Shown here in pieces: positions 9,857-18,782 of a DNA stretch of 64,000 nt. Made by a program: the position numbers and the translations under genes. The notes under the pieces were generated by a model that was not told where the DNA came from, made no database searches, and saw only the letters and a list, made by a program, of their open reading frames with translations. Positions within the stretch are counted from its first letter, which is position 1. Each line of letters starts with the position of its first letter. The stretch comes from a virus (taxonomy: Duplodnaviria > Caudoviricetes), in the IMG/VR virus record IMGVR_UViG_651324073_000003, positions 1 through 64,000 of that record. The stretch is one strand, 5' to 3'.

Positions 9857-10609
9857 TTACGACGCGTAGCGCGTGCTGCGCGGGTTCGCGAACGAGAAGT
9901 TGGCCGTGACCTGCTGATTCACGTTCGCCGTGAAGGTCGGTTCGCCGTCGAACGACACGTACATGTTGTAGTAGATCTTCGATCCGTTGGGGAGCGTGGC
10001 CAGCAGAACGTGCGGCGTGTTCAGCAGGTCGGCCTTCAGCAGCGCGGCATGCCATGCCAGATTCGGGTCGTAGTCGAGGACCATCTGCAGCTGCCGCGCA
10101 TTCTTGAAGGTCGGCCGCTGGCGCTGCTGTCCATCCTCGACATACACCCACTGCGCGAACTGCTGTTCACCGCCGGACGTCGAGAGGTCCGTCACCTGAG
10201 AGATCGGCACGAAGTCGGTCACCTTGACCGCACTGCCGCCGCCGGCCCCGGCCGGGTAGAGAATCGTGCTGGTCGTATCGATGCCCTCGAGTGCGAACGA
10301 GTCGGTAAGGATCGTGTCAGCGCGAGCCACGCGGCCTTCGAGCCGTGGCCAGCCGGACGAAATGACCAGGACGTCTCCGTCGCCGAATCCATGAGTCGTG
10401 CTGGAACAAACTCCCTGGCTTGCGTTCGAGATCGCGCTGATGGTCTTCGCGGCCGCGTAGGTCGTGCCGAGAGAGAAGACGGTGCCGTTGGGGAACGACG
10501 ACGCGGCCAGGAGAAGCCCCTGCCGGTGCATCCAGTTGGTCAGTGCGATGAACGCGGGTTCGAAGAAGGCGAGCAGCAGCGCGCCGACAAAGGACATCAG
10601 CTTCTTCAT
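9857..10609 (-). CDS. Major tail tube protein (Phage_tail_3-like) with ~35-aa hydrophobic N-terminal extension
   Basis: FPNG...ISNA..SGW.RL.GRV and LSTSGGEQQF motifs; GGAGA SD before ATG 10609. Confidence 0.85.
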   Translation of the reverse strand: MKKLMSFVGALLLAFFEPAFIALTNWMHRQGLLLAASSFPNGTVFSLGTTYAAAKTISAISNASQGVCSSTTHGFGDGDVLVISSGWPRLEGRVARADTILTDSFALEGIDTTSTILYPAGAGGGSAVKVTDFVPISQVTDLSTSGGEQQFAQWVYVEDGQQRQRPTFKNARQLQMVLDYDPNLAWHAALLKADLLNTPHVLLATLPNGSKIYYNMYVSFDGEPTFTANVNQQVTANFSFANPRSTRYAS

Positions 10610-10680
10610 GGTGGTGGTCTCCGGAAACAAAAAAACCGCCTTTCGGCGGTCTGGTGGGTAGGTGCTGCGGGCGGGTTTCT

Positions 10681-11094
10681 TCAGGTCTGCGCGTAGTAGC
10701 GCAAGCTCATCGGCACGCCGAAAACGTCGGGTTCTGGATCGGCGCGGCCAGCGGAAAGCGGTGTGGTCGTCCTGACCGTGAATCCGGAATCGGTCAGCGT
10801 GAGATTCGCCGGGAACAAGGCCTCCAGTTCGGCCACGATGGCTTCAGCTGGGCCGGCGCCTTGGCCGCGAGGCACGAACAGATTCAAGGCCAACACCCCG
10901 ACGTAGCGGCGGTCAGCCCCCTCGACGTACTCGCTTTCCGTGTCCGCTGGAATGAGCGTGCAGCGCATCCACGGCTGTCCCTTCGGCGGATCGAAGTTCG
11001 TGTTCTCCCATGCGATCGGCACGGCCGGCGTTTCGGAATCAGCCCAGTTCTTGAGCCGGGATTCGAACAGCTTGCGGATGCGCGCGCGGCTCAC
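10681..11094 (-). CDS. Tail terminator-like protein
   Basis: IAWEN..FDPP..PWMR motif, synteny. Confidence 0.8.
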   Translation of the reverse strand: MSRARIRKLFESRLKNWADSETPAVPIAWENTNFDPPKGQPWMRCTLIPADTESEYVEGADRRYVGVLALNLFVPRGQGAGPAEAIVAELEALFPANLTLTDSGFTVRTTTPLSAGRADPEPDVFGVPMSLRYYAQT

Positions 11095-11486
11095 GCCAGG
11101 CTCCGTGCATAGCGATCAATGGCGGCGGGCAAGGCGGCGAGCGTCGCCTTCACCATGCCGGCCGGCGCCTGTTTCGAGTAGCCATCCTCCAGCCTCTGGA
11201 TATAGGGCAGAGAATTGGTCACGTAGAACACGCGCCCGCGCGATGCGGCAACCTCGGCGGCAATACGGCCAATGGCACCGGCGCCACTGGGGTCGTTCGC
11301 GGCACTCGTGCCGGAATTGATCGTGCCAACTCCAAGCACCCAGTTTCCGCGCGCCCGCCCGGTATCAACGGGAGTTCGCAGAACGACACCCTGCGCGCAC
11401 AGGACAACCGTCTGCCGAACGGCCTTGTCGACGTTGCCGTTCGCCTTGGCTATGAAACGGTCGATGGATCGCATGAAATCGCTCAT
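11091..11486 (-). CDS. HK97 gp10-like neck protein
   Basis: TPVDTGRARGNW and LEDGYSKQAPAGMV motifs. Confidence 0.85.
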   Translation of the reverse strand: MSDFMRSIDRFIAKANGNVDKAVRQTVVLCAQGVVLRTPVDTGRARGNWVLGVGTINSGTSAANDPSGAGAIGRIAAEVAASRGRVFYVTNSLPYIQRLEDGYSKQAPAGMVKATLAALPAAIDRYARSLA

Positions 11487-11848
11487 CTGCGCACCTGTGC
11501 TTCGTGCAGCACCACGGTTCCGGCCGGAGCCAGCGGGCGCGATGCGATGACCGACCACACGTCGCTTCCGATGGTCAGGGTGTCGCCAGTCTGCGGCGTC
11601 GCCGCCAGATCCGGAGCGATGTATGCGCGCTGATCGCCCATGCGAACGTGCGTGCCGTCGATGTCCTTCTGCTGGTAGTCGAACAGCGCGGCCGTGCCGG
11701 CGTGCAACGCAGTGGATCCTGCTCCAGGCGCACCGGTGGCTGGATCGTAGGCGCCGGGAGCGACCCGGGTGAGCGTTGCGGCACGGCCGAACTTCAGCAG
11801 CAGACGGGTAGCCGTTGCCGCCGTCTTGGTGTAATCGAAAGAACTCAT
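11483..11848 (-). CDS. Head-closure/head-tail adaptor protein
   Basis: FDYTKTAATA.RLL.KFG start, synteny. Confidence 0.75.
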   Translation of the reverse strand: MSSFDYTKTAATATRLLLKFGRAATLTRVAPGAYDPATGAPGAGSTALHAGTAALFDYQQKDIDGTHVRMGDQRAYIAPDLAATPQTGDTLTIGSDVWSVIASRPLAPAGTVVLHEAQVRR

Positions 11849-12222
11849 GCGCCATCACCCGCCTTCCTGCACGGGGTCACCTTCCACTGGATTCTCCGCG
11901 CCTTGATCGTGCGCTGCCCGGTGACGATCGCCTTCAGAACCCGGTGGCGTCCGTCAGCGATGGCGCCATGCCAATCCAGCAGGATCGGGTGGTTCAGGTC
12001 GGCATCGATGACCTTCTTGATGTGGAAGGACAGCTCAAGCATGTTGGATCCCGACCAGATCTCTCCGGAAAGGTCGATCGCGGCTACGGGAACATCGAAC
12101 ACCGGAAGGTCACGGGCGTCATCGATCAGTCGAGCGACCGAATACTCATGGCCATCCCTGTCGATGTAGAAGTCCTGCAACGGATCGGCGCGCCGCGTCG
12201 TAACCTTTGGTGGCTTGCTCAC
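11845..12222 (-). CDS. Stand-alone ParB/Srx-like N-terminal domain protein (125 aa)
   Basis: HPILL...IADGRHR..KA...G motif; GTGA and ATGA overlaps with neighbours. Confidence 0.6.
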   Translation of the reverse strand: MSKPPKVTTRRADPLQDFYIDRDGHEYSVARLIDDARDLPVFDVPVAAIDLSGEIWSGSNMLELSFHIKKVIDADLNHPILLDWHGAIADGRHRVLKAIVTGQRTIKARRIQWKVTPCRKAGDGA

Positions 12223-12722
12223 GCTCGCGACACCCGCACCGACCCGCCTGCACCACCCGCCAGAACGAGGTCGCGCAGCATGGCATCGACCAGGCTGAAC
12301 CTCGTCAGACCACCGTTCCTCGCCGTGCCGTAGCTCGTGCTGATCGGCCCCACTGATTCCGCTGTGACGACCTCCGGGGCTACATCCGGCATCAGGTCTG
12401 AGGTGAGCGACTTCAGGGCCAGTTCGAACACTGCGCGCCGCAGCTGGGCCGGTATCTCGTCGGAGGGAAGTTCGATGCCATCGCGACATGCTCCACCGCG
12501 TGGCCATGCCAGCGCTTGCGTGGAAGACACGCGCTCCCCGCGCCACGCGTACGCCGCCTCGACATAGGCGGTCGCCTTGCGCAGAGCGATCTCGCGCTCA
12601 CCTTCCGTTGCAGCGGCCCAGGACACGGCGCCCATCGCTGCGTGATAGGCGTCTGCCAGGGCCACGCTGGCGTAGCTCTCGGCGTCCGGGCGACCGGTAC
12701 CGTCCTCGACGATCAGCGCCAT
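12219..12722 (-). CDS. DnaT-like head-tail connector protein
   Basis: MALIVEDGTG..AESYAS and QALAWPR motifs. Confidence 0.85.
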   Translation of the reverse strand: MALIVEDGTGRPDAESYASVALADAYHAAMGAVSWAAATEGEREIALRKATAYVEAAYAWRGERVSSTQALAWPRGGACRDGIELPSDEIPAQLRRAVFELALKSLTSDLMPDVAPEVVTAESVGPISTSYGTARNGGLTRFSLVDAMLRDLVLAGGAGGSVRVSRA

Positions 12723-12725
12723 GTC

Positions 12726-13094
12726 TTACTCGACGCGCCAGCCTGCGGCCGACCAGTTCTCGACCTCGTCCGGATGCACGTCGGCATGCGTCGGGCCACC
12801 CGGATGCATCGGCTCTTCGCGGGCCATGCGGACGGTTTCGAAGGCGGGCATTTCCTGTTCTTCGGTCACGTCCTCGATGCGCGTGGTGTCGATCGCTTCT
12901 TCCATCACGTCCGTCAGCACGGGCGGAAGCGCCTCTCCAGCGACGGTTTGGCCGCTGATCTGCTCGCCCGCTCCGGATTGCTGCGCCGCGGACTCCGCCT
13001 GTGCGCTTTCGGAAGCCTTGAGCGCGGCTGCATCCTGCGCTGCCTTCTCCGCAGCAGCGCGGGCCGCGCGCTGCTCTTTCGTCAGTCCTGCCAT
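12726..13094 (-). CDS. Hypothetical capsid-associated protein
   Basis: MAGLTKEQRA..., C-terminal DVHPDEVENW..AGW; directly after coat gene. Confidence 0.7.
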   Translation of the reverse strand: MAGLTKEQRAARAAAEKAAQDAAALKASESAQAESAAQQSGAGEQISGQTVAGEALPPVLTDVMEEAIDTTRIEDVTEEQEMPAFETVRMAREEPMHPGGPTHADVHPDEVENWSAAGWRVE

Positions 13095-13157
13095 GGTGTA
13101 TTCCTCCACTACACCGGCCGAAGCTGGTACTCCGGCCGGTGATCAGGGTTGCGGTGA

Positions 13158-14309
13158 TCAGCCGATCAGCAGCGCGATGTGTTCCGACTTGACGCCGCGC
13201 ACACCCCACGCCATGCCGATCTCGTACTTCACCTGGCGGTACTGGCGATAGACGCGGACCTCGAAGGTCAGACCGGTGATCGGGTCGGTGATCATCATCG
13301 CGTCGTCGGCCGAGTCACCACCCTCCGGAACCGCCGGCGCGCGGGTCGCCAGCACGATCGCGGAGCGCGCGAAGGCCGCGTTCGGCGTGTAGTTGTTGCC
13401 AACCGTCAGAGCGTTGTTGTCCGGGACGGCTGCGCGCAGGCCAGGCGCATTGAGCACCAGCGAACCACCGGACAGCGCGCTGCCGACCACGTACTTGTTG
13501 TTGCCGTCGGCAGCGAACGTGACGATGTCGCCGGCCAGCACGGTGCCGGTACCGGTATCCAGGGCGATGCCCTTGTCGCCGATCGCGTAGCCAGCGACCA
13601 GGTTGGTCTGGTAGCTCGCACCGGTGCCCTTCGTGTGGGCCACGATGCCGCCGGAGTTGCGCAGCGCGAAGCCCTGCAGGCGATCGGTCATGCCGTTGCG
13701 CAGCATGTCGCTGGAGCCCGCCTCGTTCACCTTGAAAAGCACCGACTGCTTGCCGCGCAGGTTGGCGATCGCTGCCGAGCCCAGCACGAGCTGCAGGTCT
13801 TCCTTCGGGGCGCCGTTGTCCTCCAGGATGCGCAGGACGCCGGCCACATCGCTCAGATCGCCGGCCGTGCCGAACGGCGCAGTGCCGGCCGAGCCGTAAG
13901 CGCGGGACGCAGTGAGCTTCGCTTCGAGCGCCAGATCGACCTCGATCGCATTGATGAGCTTGCGCATGCCGTCGGTGAATTGGTCGGCGAGCACGCGGTT
14001 GAAGACGCCGGTCGAGCCGACACCCTTCTGCTCTTCGCCGTTCCAACGGATCGGCGCGACCTTCGACTTCGTGATGGTCACATCCACGTAGCTGACCGTC
14101 GTGTCGCCGCTGTTCGCGGGATTCGTGCCGGCGGTTACGTCTTCCAGCGCGCCTGCTTCGCCGATCGGAGAACGGACGGTCTGGTTCAGCGCGGCGCGCT
14201 CGGCGTTGCTGTCGCGGGTGACCGCGGGGATGAAGCCGACCATCTCGCGCGAAACGCGGTTCAGGGCTTCGTACAGGGTGGGGATGAGCCCGGTGAGCGT
14301 ATTTGCCAT
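13158..14309 (-). CDS. Major capsid protein (P22 coat family)
   Basis: MANTLTGLIP.LY.AL..VSRE..GFIPAV start; YRQ.KYEI..AWGV end. Confidence 0.9.
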   Translation of the reverse strand: MANTLTGLIPTLYEALNRVSREMVGFIPAVTRDSNAERAALNQTVRSPIGEAGALEDVTAGTNPANSGDTTVSYVDVTITKSKVAPIRWNGEEQKGVGSTGVFNRVLADQFTDGMRKLINAIEVDLALEAKLTASRAYGSAGTAPFGTAGDLSDVAGVLRILEDNGAPKEDLQLVLGSAAIANLRGKQSVLFKVNEAGSSDMLRNGMTDRLQGFALRNSGGIVAHTKGTGASYQTNLVAGYAIGDKGIALDTGTGTVLAGDIVTFAADGNNKYVVGSALSGGSLVLNAPGLRAAVPDNNALTVGNNYTPNAAFARSAIVLATRAPAVPEGGDSADDAMMITDPITGLTFEVRVYRQYRQVKYEIGMAWGVRGVKSEHIALLIG

Positions 14310-14328
14310 GGTGTTGAATCTCCAGAAA

Positions 14329-14355
14329 AGCAAAAGCCCGCTCAATGGCGGGCTC
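14329..14355 (-). terminator. Terminator between scaffold and coat genes
   Basis: AGCCCGC-CATTGA-GCGGGCT-TTTG. Confidence 0.6.
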
Positions 14356-14395
14356 GCATGGGGTTACCGGATCGCTCCGGCTTCTGTTTCGTGCG

Positions 14396-15151
14396 TCAGT
14401 CGGTGACCGTGCCACCAGCCGAGGTGTGAGCCACGCGAGCCTGCGCATCCATCGCTTCGAACTGAGCGCGCGTGACGGACTTGCCGCCACCCGAACTGCC
14501 GCCACCGCCCGAAGCGCCGCCGCCGGAGGCGCCGGACGACTTCAGGATGTGGTTCTTGTGCGGGTAGGTCTCGACCAGGTGTTCCAGAGCTTCGTCGAAG
14601 TCGGCCAGATCGCCCGGTCGCGCGCGGCTGAAAACCTTGTTGCCGCTCGCGTCGGTCGCCACGACCTTGCCGTCCTCGATCTTGAAGTGCTTGCCGAAGG
14701 CGGCCTGGGCGATGTCTGCCGGGATGGCGAGCTTCTCGGCGATGAACTTCGAGCGTGCGAAGCTGCCGCCGATCTTCTCGCCGTAGAGCTGGCCTTCCAG
14801 CTCCTCGACACGCTTCACGGTCGGCGCGTACTTCTCCTCGATCGCCTTGATCGCCTCGGTCTTCACCTTCTCGACCTCGCCGGCATCCACCAGCTTCTTG
14901 TCGTCGAGGTTCTTGACGGTGGCCAGCGCCTTGATCGCCGCCGCGGGGTCTTCGATCCCTTCGAACGGCTTCAGCTTGGCTTCGGCTGCGTCGGCGCGCT
15001 CGCGGTGGCCCTTGGCTTCCCGGTTCAGGTCGCCAATCTTCGACAGGGCAGACGGGGCGTCGAACGGGATTTCCTTCCCGTCATCGTGGACATACACCGG
15101 CTTGCCGTCCTGGACCACGACGTGGCCCTGATCATCGAGCTTCAGTTTCAT
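14396..15151 (-). CDS. Capsid scaffolding protein (DUF6651-like)
   Basis: MKLKLD..GHVVVQDGKPVYVHDDGKE..FDA start. Confidence 0.85.
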   Translation of the reverse strand: MKLKLDDQGHVVVQDGKPVYVHDDGKEIPFDAPSALSKIGDLNREAKGHRERADAAEAKLKPFEGIEDPAAAIKALATVKNLDDKKLVDAGEVEKVKTEAIKAIEEKYAPTVKRVEELEGQLYGEKIGGSFARSKFIAEKLAIPADIAQAAFGKHFKIEDGKVVATDASGNKVFSRARPGDLADFDEALEHLVETYPHKNHILKSSGASGGGASGGGGSSGGGKSVTRAQFEAMDAQARVAHTSAGGTVTD

Positions 15152-15250
15152 GGATTTCCATCCTTGGGGTTATGGGCTTCCGCCCGGAGACAGTGGCCGC
15201 GCATCCGCGACGGCTGAAATGAAAAAGCCCGCGCGGGGCGGGCTGTGGGA

Positions 15251-16894
15251 TCAGTTCGTCTTCGACCAATTCACGATGCTGAATTTCGTATTCAAGAACT
15301 GCCCGGATGCTGCCGCCGCATTTTGGCTCGCGTAGGCATAGAAGAACGCTCGCAACGCTGTCGTACCAGCAGTAACTGCGGAAAGCGGAGTCGCAAGCAG
15401 CATTTTTCGTCCAGTCGGTATTGTTATCGTATCGAACGTATCCGCATTTGCCTTTTTGAACATCTGGTATGGGGTGACAGCGCCGCCCGTGTGCGCAAGC
15501 TCCAGGGTCAGATCGCGCAACCCGGTCAGGTTCACAGTGCTGTCAATCTCTAATTCGACAAATAGCTGCACAGCGTCGCCAACCGAAAATGACGAAGCTC
15601 CTGCGTTAATAGCGGACGTGAATTGACTGTAGAGGTTTTGAAATCCAGTCGATGTGCCTGCGGAAATAGTCACCCGTTGCGCTTGGCGGCCATTCGCGTT
15701 TACTACCGCTGCCGCGATGGTCGCAGAAGTCATATTGTTGGCGATGGTCAGATTATTGACCACGCTACCCGTTACGGGCGCGCTGGCGGTGCCGCCAGTC
15801 CCGCACGTAAATGCGTTGCCGCCAATGAACCGCGCATCGCCAGGGCCTGGAATCAGGCCGAACCCGCGAATACCGCAGGCCGCCAGAACGTCAGCAATCC
15901 GCGCGCCGATCAGCGGGGCTGCGACCTTCGGATGCACAGACGTATCGGTGTAGTTCGCATAGATGCCAGAGGACAGCGGCTGCGGGGTCGTGAGTGCGCT
16001 GTCTGTGTAGAGGTCAGATACGGGCACGTAGATCAGGTTCGGATACTGAGATTGCAGGCTTTCGACGTAATTCGTGAGCGCCCAGTATTCCGCCGAGTGT
16101 GCCGCAGTGCTGTAGCTCTTGGACGGCAGGCAGCCGATGAAGATCGGACGGGTTCCCTGCGCGATGCAGCCGGCAATCGTGTTCAGATAAGCGGTCTGAG
16201 CCTGTGCGCGCGTGATGGCGCCCGCCACGATTTGCGTGACGTCGTTTTCCATCATCTGTATCAGCGCGTAGTTGGGCCGATACGCTGCCAAGGTCGCCGC
16301 AAACGCCGTGCTGTAGATATCGACCGACGTGGCACCGCTATACCCATAGATGCCTTGGGTCAGCAACGACGAAGCAGATGCGCCGACCTGAACCGTGGCG
16401 CCGGTCTGAAGCCACTCGAACGCATGTCCGGACAGCGCCTGCGCCCACCACAGGTGCGCATCAAACGACACAGAACCATTGACGGTGTTTGCACCAATGC
16501 GATTCTGCGCGGTGATCGAATTGCCAAACGCCATTGCGGTGGGCAGACCGGAAATCGACCTGCGCAACGGGACTACCGCGCCAGCCGCCCCCACCACCGC
16601 AGCGGCGTAGTCCGCATCCCCCCCCGGCGGCAATCCGCTACTGGCACTCGGCACAGCAGATGCTGCCACCGCATAGCCGACATCACCCGACCAGCATTGG
16701 AGCTCACCATTGACGTCTGCCGGGTACGGGCCGTAGCTCGACGTTCCCGGCATAACGTTGGTCTGCGAACGGTTCGCGCGGTCCGGCGAGAAGATGCGCA
16801 GCATGCCGGTGACGCTCGATGAGCCGATGAGCGTGAGCACCTGTCCCGCCGGAATGTTGATGCCGGTCCGCTGCCCTGCGTTGATGTTCGGCAT
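15251..16894 (-). CDS. SGNH/GDSL hydrolase-domain protein (547 aa)
   Basis: FGNSIT, GYSG, MEND and DTSVHP blocks; lower GC; flanked by terminator hairpins. Confidence 0.75.
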   Translation of the reverse strand: MPNINAGQRTGINIPAGQVLTLIGSSSVTGMLRIFSPDRANRSQTNVMPGTSSYGPYPADVNGELQCWSGDVGYAVAASAVPSASSGLPPGGDADYAAAVVGAAGAVVPLRRSISGLPTAMAFGNSITAQNRIGANTVNGSVSFDAHLWWAQALSGHAFEWLQTGATVQVGASASSLLTQGIYGYSGATSVDIYSTAFAATLAAYRPNYALIQMMENDVTQIVAGAITRAQAQTAYLNTIAGCIAQGTRPIFIGCLPSKSYSTAAHSAEYWALTNYVESLQSQYPNLIYVPVSDLYTDSALTTPQPLSSGIYANYTDTSVHPKVAAPLIGARIADVLAACGIRGFGLIPGPGDARFIGGNAFTCGTGGTASAPVTGSVVNNLTIANNMTSATIAAAVVNANGRQAQRVTISAGTSTGFQNLYSQFTSAINAGASSFSVGDAVQLFVELEIDSTVNLTGLRDLTLELAHTGGAVTPYQMFKKANADTFDTITIPTGRKMLLATPLSAVTAGTTALRAFFYAYASQNAAAASGQFLNTKFSIVNWSKTN

Positions 16895-16910
16895 GGGGCC
16901 TCCAGAAACG

Positions 16911-16967
16911 AAAAAGCCCCGGCAAAGGCCGAGGCTGGATGTGAAAAAGCCCGCACGCAGCGGGCTC
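16911..16967 (-). terminator. Tandem terminator hairpins
   Basis: Two GC stems each followed by TTTTT on the minus strand. Confidence 0.6.
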
Positions 16968-16988
16968 ATATTGAATTGCTTCAGACCA

Positions 16989-17477
16989 TCAATCGAAGGA
17001 ATACAGGTCTGACGTGAGAAGGTGCTGTATCCGCAGTTTGAAACGCTGGCGGGTCTCGTCGCCGGGCCGCAGCTGGGCGGCGTCCATCAAGGTGTCCTCC
17101 ATTATGGATACGGCCTCCGAGTAAAGGCACATCTCCACTTCAAGATTCTCGCTTGCCGCCCCGCGGCCCCTTCCCCCCGTGTGCTTAAGGGCGTTGTAAC
17201 TGACGAGGAAGTCGGAAGCATTGGTTTTCTTGGACCCAGGCAAGCGACCTTCAAAGAGGTTGTCGAGCTTCGCCATCACTTCTCTTACAGGGATGACTCC
17301 GTCCTCCTCAAGGATCGGAAAGACAATGTAAGCCACGGCGCCAGCGAGGAGGATCGCTGCCACGTAGTCAACATTCGAAGCCGCGTCTCGAATTCGTTCA
17401 TCAGCTTCGATCAGCATATCCGCGGCGAGATCAAGCTTGTGATAGCGCCGGACCCCGAGGTCAGGAGACGATGACAC
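16989..17477 (-). CDS. Moron hypothetical protein (possible HEPN-like)
   Basis: Lower GC, helical, LLAGA...YNALKH motif. Confidence 0.6.
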   Translation of the reverse strand: MSSSPDLGVRRYHKLDLAADMLIEADERIRDAASNVDYVAAILLAGAVAYIVFPILEEDGVIPVREVMAKLDNLFEGRLPGSKKTNASDFLVSYNALKHTGGRGRGAASENLEVEMCLYSEAVSIMEDTLMDAAQLRPGDETRQRFKLRIQHLLTSDLYSFD

Positions 17478-17709
17478 GCTCGCCCCTCGCCAGGCACAGC
17501 ACGCACAAGAAGCACTTCGTGCCGCCGCTGGCCCGGCCTCTGCTGATCGTCACCCCCGTCCGAGCTTCGATCAGCTCACGCCCTCCGCATCGAGGGCACT
17601 GCGCGATCTCGGCCGGCTTCGGCATCGCCTTGATGCGCGCGCGGCCGCGCTCCTGCGGCGTGTCGGGCGCTGGAGCCTTCGGGATGACGGTGAGGTGGCG
17701 GGGTTTCAC
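17461..17709 (-). CDS. Small zinc-ribbon protein (82 aa)
   Basis: CPRC...CVLC; GTG overlaps the stop of the minor head gene. Confidence 0.55.
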   Translation of the reverse strand: MKPRHLTVIPKAPAPDTPQERGRARIKAMPKPAEIAQCPRCGGRELIEARTGVTISRGRASGGTKCFLCVLCLARGERVIVS

Positions 17710-18782
17710 GCCCGCGATTCTACGCCCGCCTGACGAAACGCCGCAGCGTGCCGTTCCTCCAGCTCGGCCAGCGTCAGTGTCTTGCCCTTGTCGTTCGAGA
17801 ACTGCTCGATCTGCAGCCCCCCACGGCGGAAAAGCGCCCCGCGCGACGGCCCGAGAATGTCGTCCTGCACGCTCGCCGGCTGGCGCTTCAGCCATGCCCC
17901 GTAGCCTTCGTTCGCATCGACCTGACCGCCCTTCGATGCGCGGGTGCCGAACAGCTCCGTCTGCCCCTTGAGCAGCGCGATGGCGGTGCTTCGGCACTGC
18001 CAGTGCAGCCGCCCCGGACCGCTTCCCCAAGGCAAGGAGTGTCCCACCGGCCGGTGCCCCCCCCTGGTGTAGCGCTTGCCGTCACGAATGCGGCATTCCT
18101 GCGACGTGCGGCCGTCCAGCGTGCTCACCCATACCTCGTCGCCAAGGATGTCGTCGTTCGCCTCGAAGAATCGGTCTCGCGTCGTTGCCGCCACGTGTGA
18201 CAGCGCGGTTCGCGCGACTGCCTCGGCATGCCGGCGGTCGATCTCGATCACGCCATCCTGAAACGCCCGCGCCTTCGTGCCGCGAATGTCACGCACGACC
18301 TGTGCAGTCGCCTTCCCTTCCAGGTAGCCCATACGGACAGTGTCCCGGATGCGCTGCATGCGGTCGGCCTCCAGCGACCTCCCCCACTCGCGAAGCAGAC
18401 GGCCTTGAAATGGCCTGGCTATGGCGGCGGCGTAGGCCGTTTCCGCCGTCACCTGCGCGAATCGCGTGTCAAGAGCCGCCGTGTAGGCCGCTTGGTTCCA
18501 GCGCGCCTCGAAACTCGCGAGCTCTCGCATCGAGCCTTCCAGCTCCGTCTGGAGCGTCGCATAGGCCGCAGCATTCAGCTGCCGAACACTGGACAGCAGA
18601 CTATCGAGGTACTCGACGGTCAGGTTATCGGGAGCGCGCTCCAGCATGGCCATGAGAGCCGCCGATATGTCCGCATCAGCACGGTTGAGCACGGCGACGA
18701 TCCGCCGCACGACGTTGTTCGAGTACCGCTGCAGGTCGATCTGGTGCCGGACAGTCGCGTCCAGCAGTTCTTGGGCCGACAT
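17706..18782 (-). CDS. Minor head morphogenesis protein (SPP1 gp7/Mu F-like)
   Basis: WVSTLDGRTS..C..RDG and HWQCRS motifs. Confidence 0.9.
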   Translation of the reverse strand: MSAQELLDATVRHQIDLQRYSNNVVRRIVAVLNRADADISAALMAMLERAPDNLTVEYLDSLLSSVRQLNAAAYATLQTELEGSMRELASFEARWNQAAYTAALDTRFAQVTAETAYAAAIARPFQGRLLREWGRSLEADRMQRIRDTVRMGYLEGKATAQVVRDIRGTKARAFQDGVIEIDRRHAEAVARTALSHVAATTRDRFFEANDDILGDEVWVSTLDGRTSQECRIRDGKRYTRGGHRPVGHSLPWGSGPGRLHWQCRSTAIALLKGQTELFGTRASKGGQVDANEGYGAWLKRQPASVQDDILGPSRGALFRRGGLQIEQFSNDKGKTLTLAELEERHAAAFRQAGVESRA

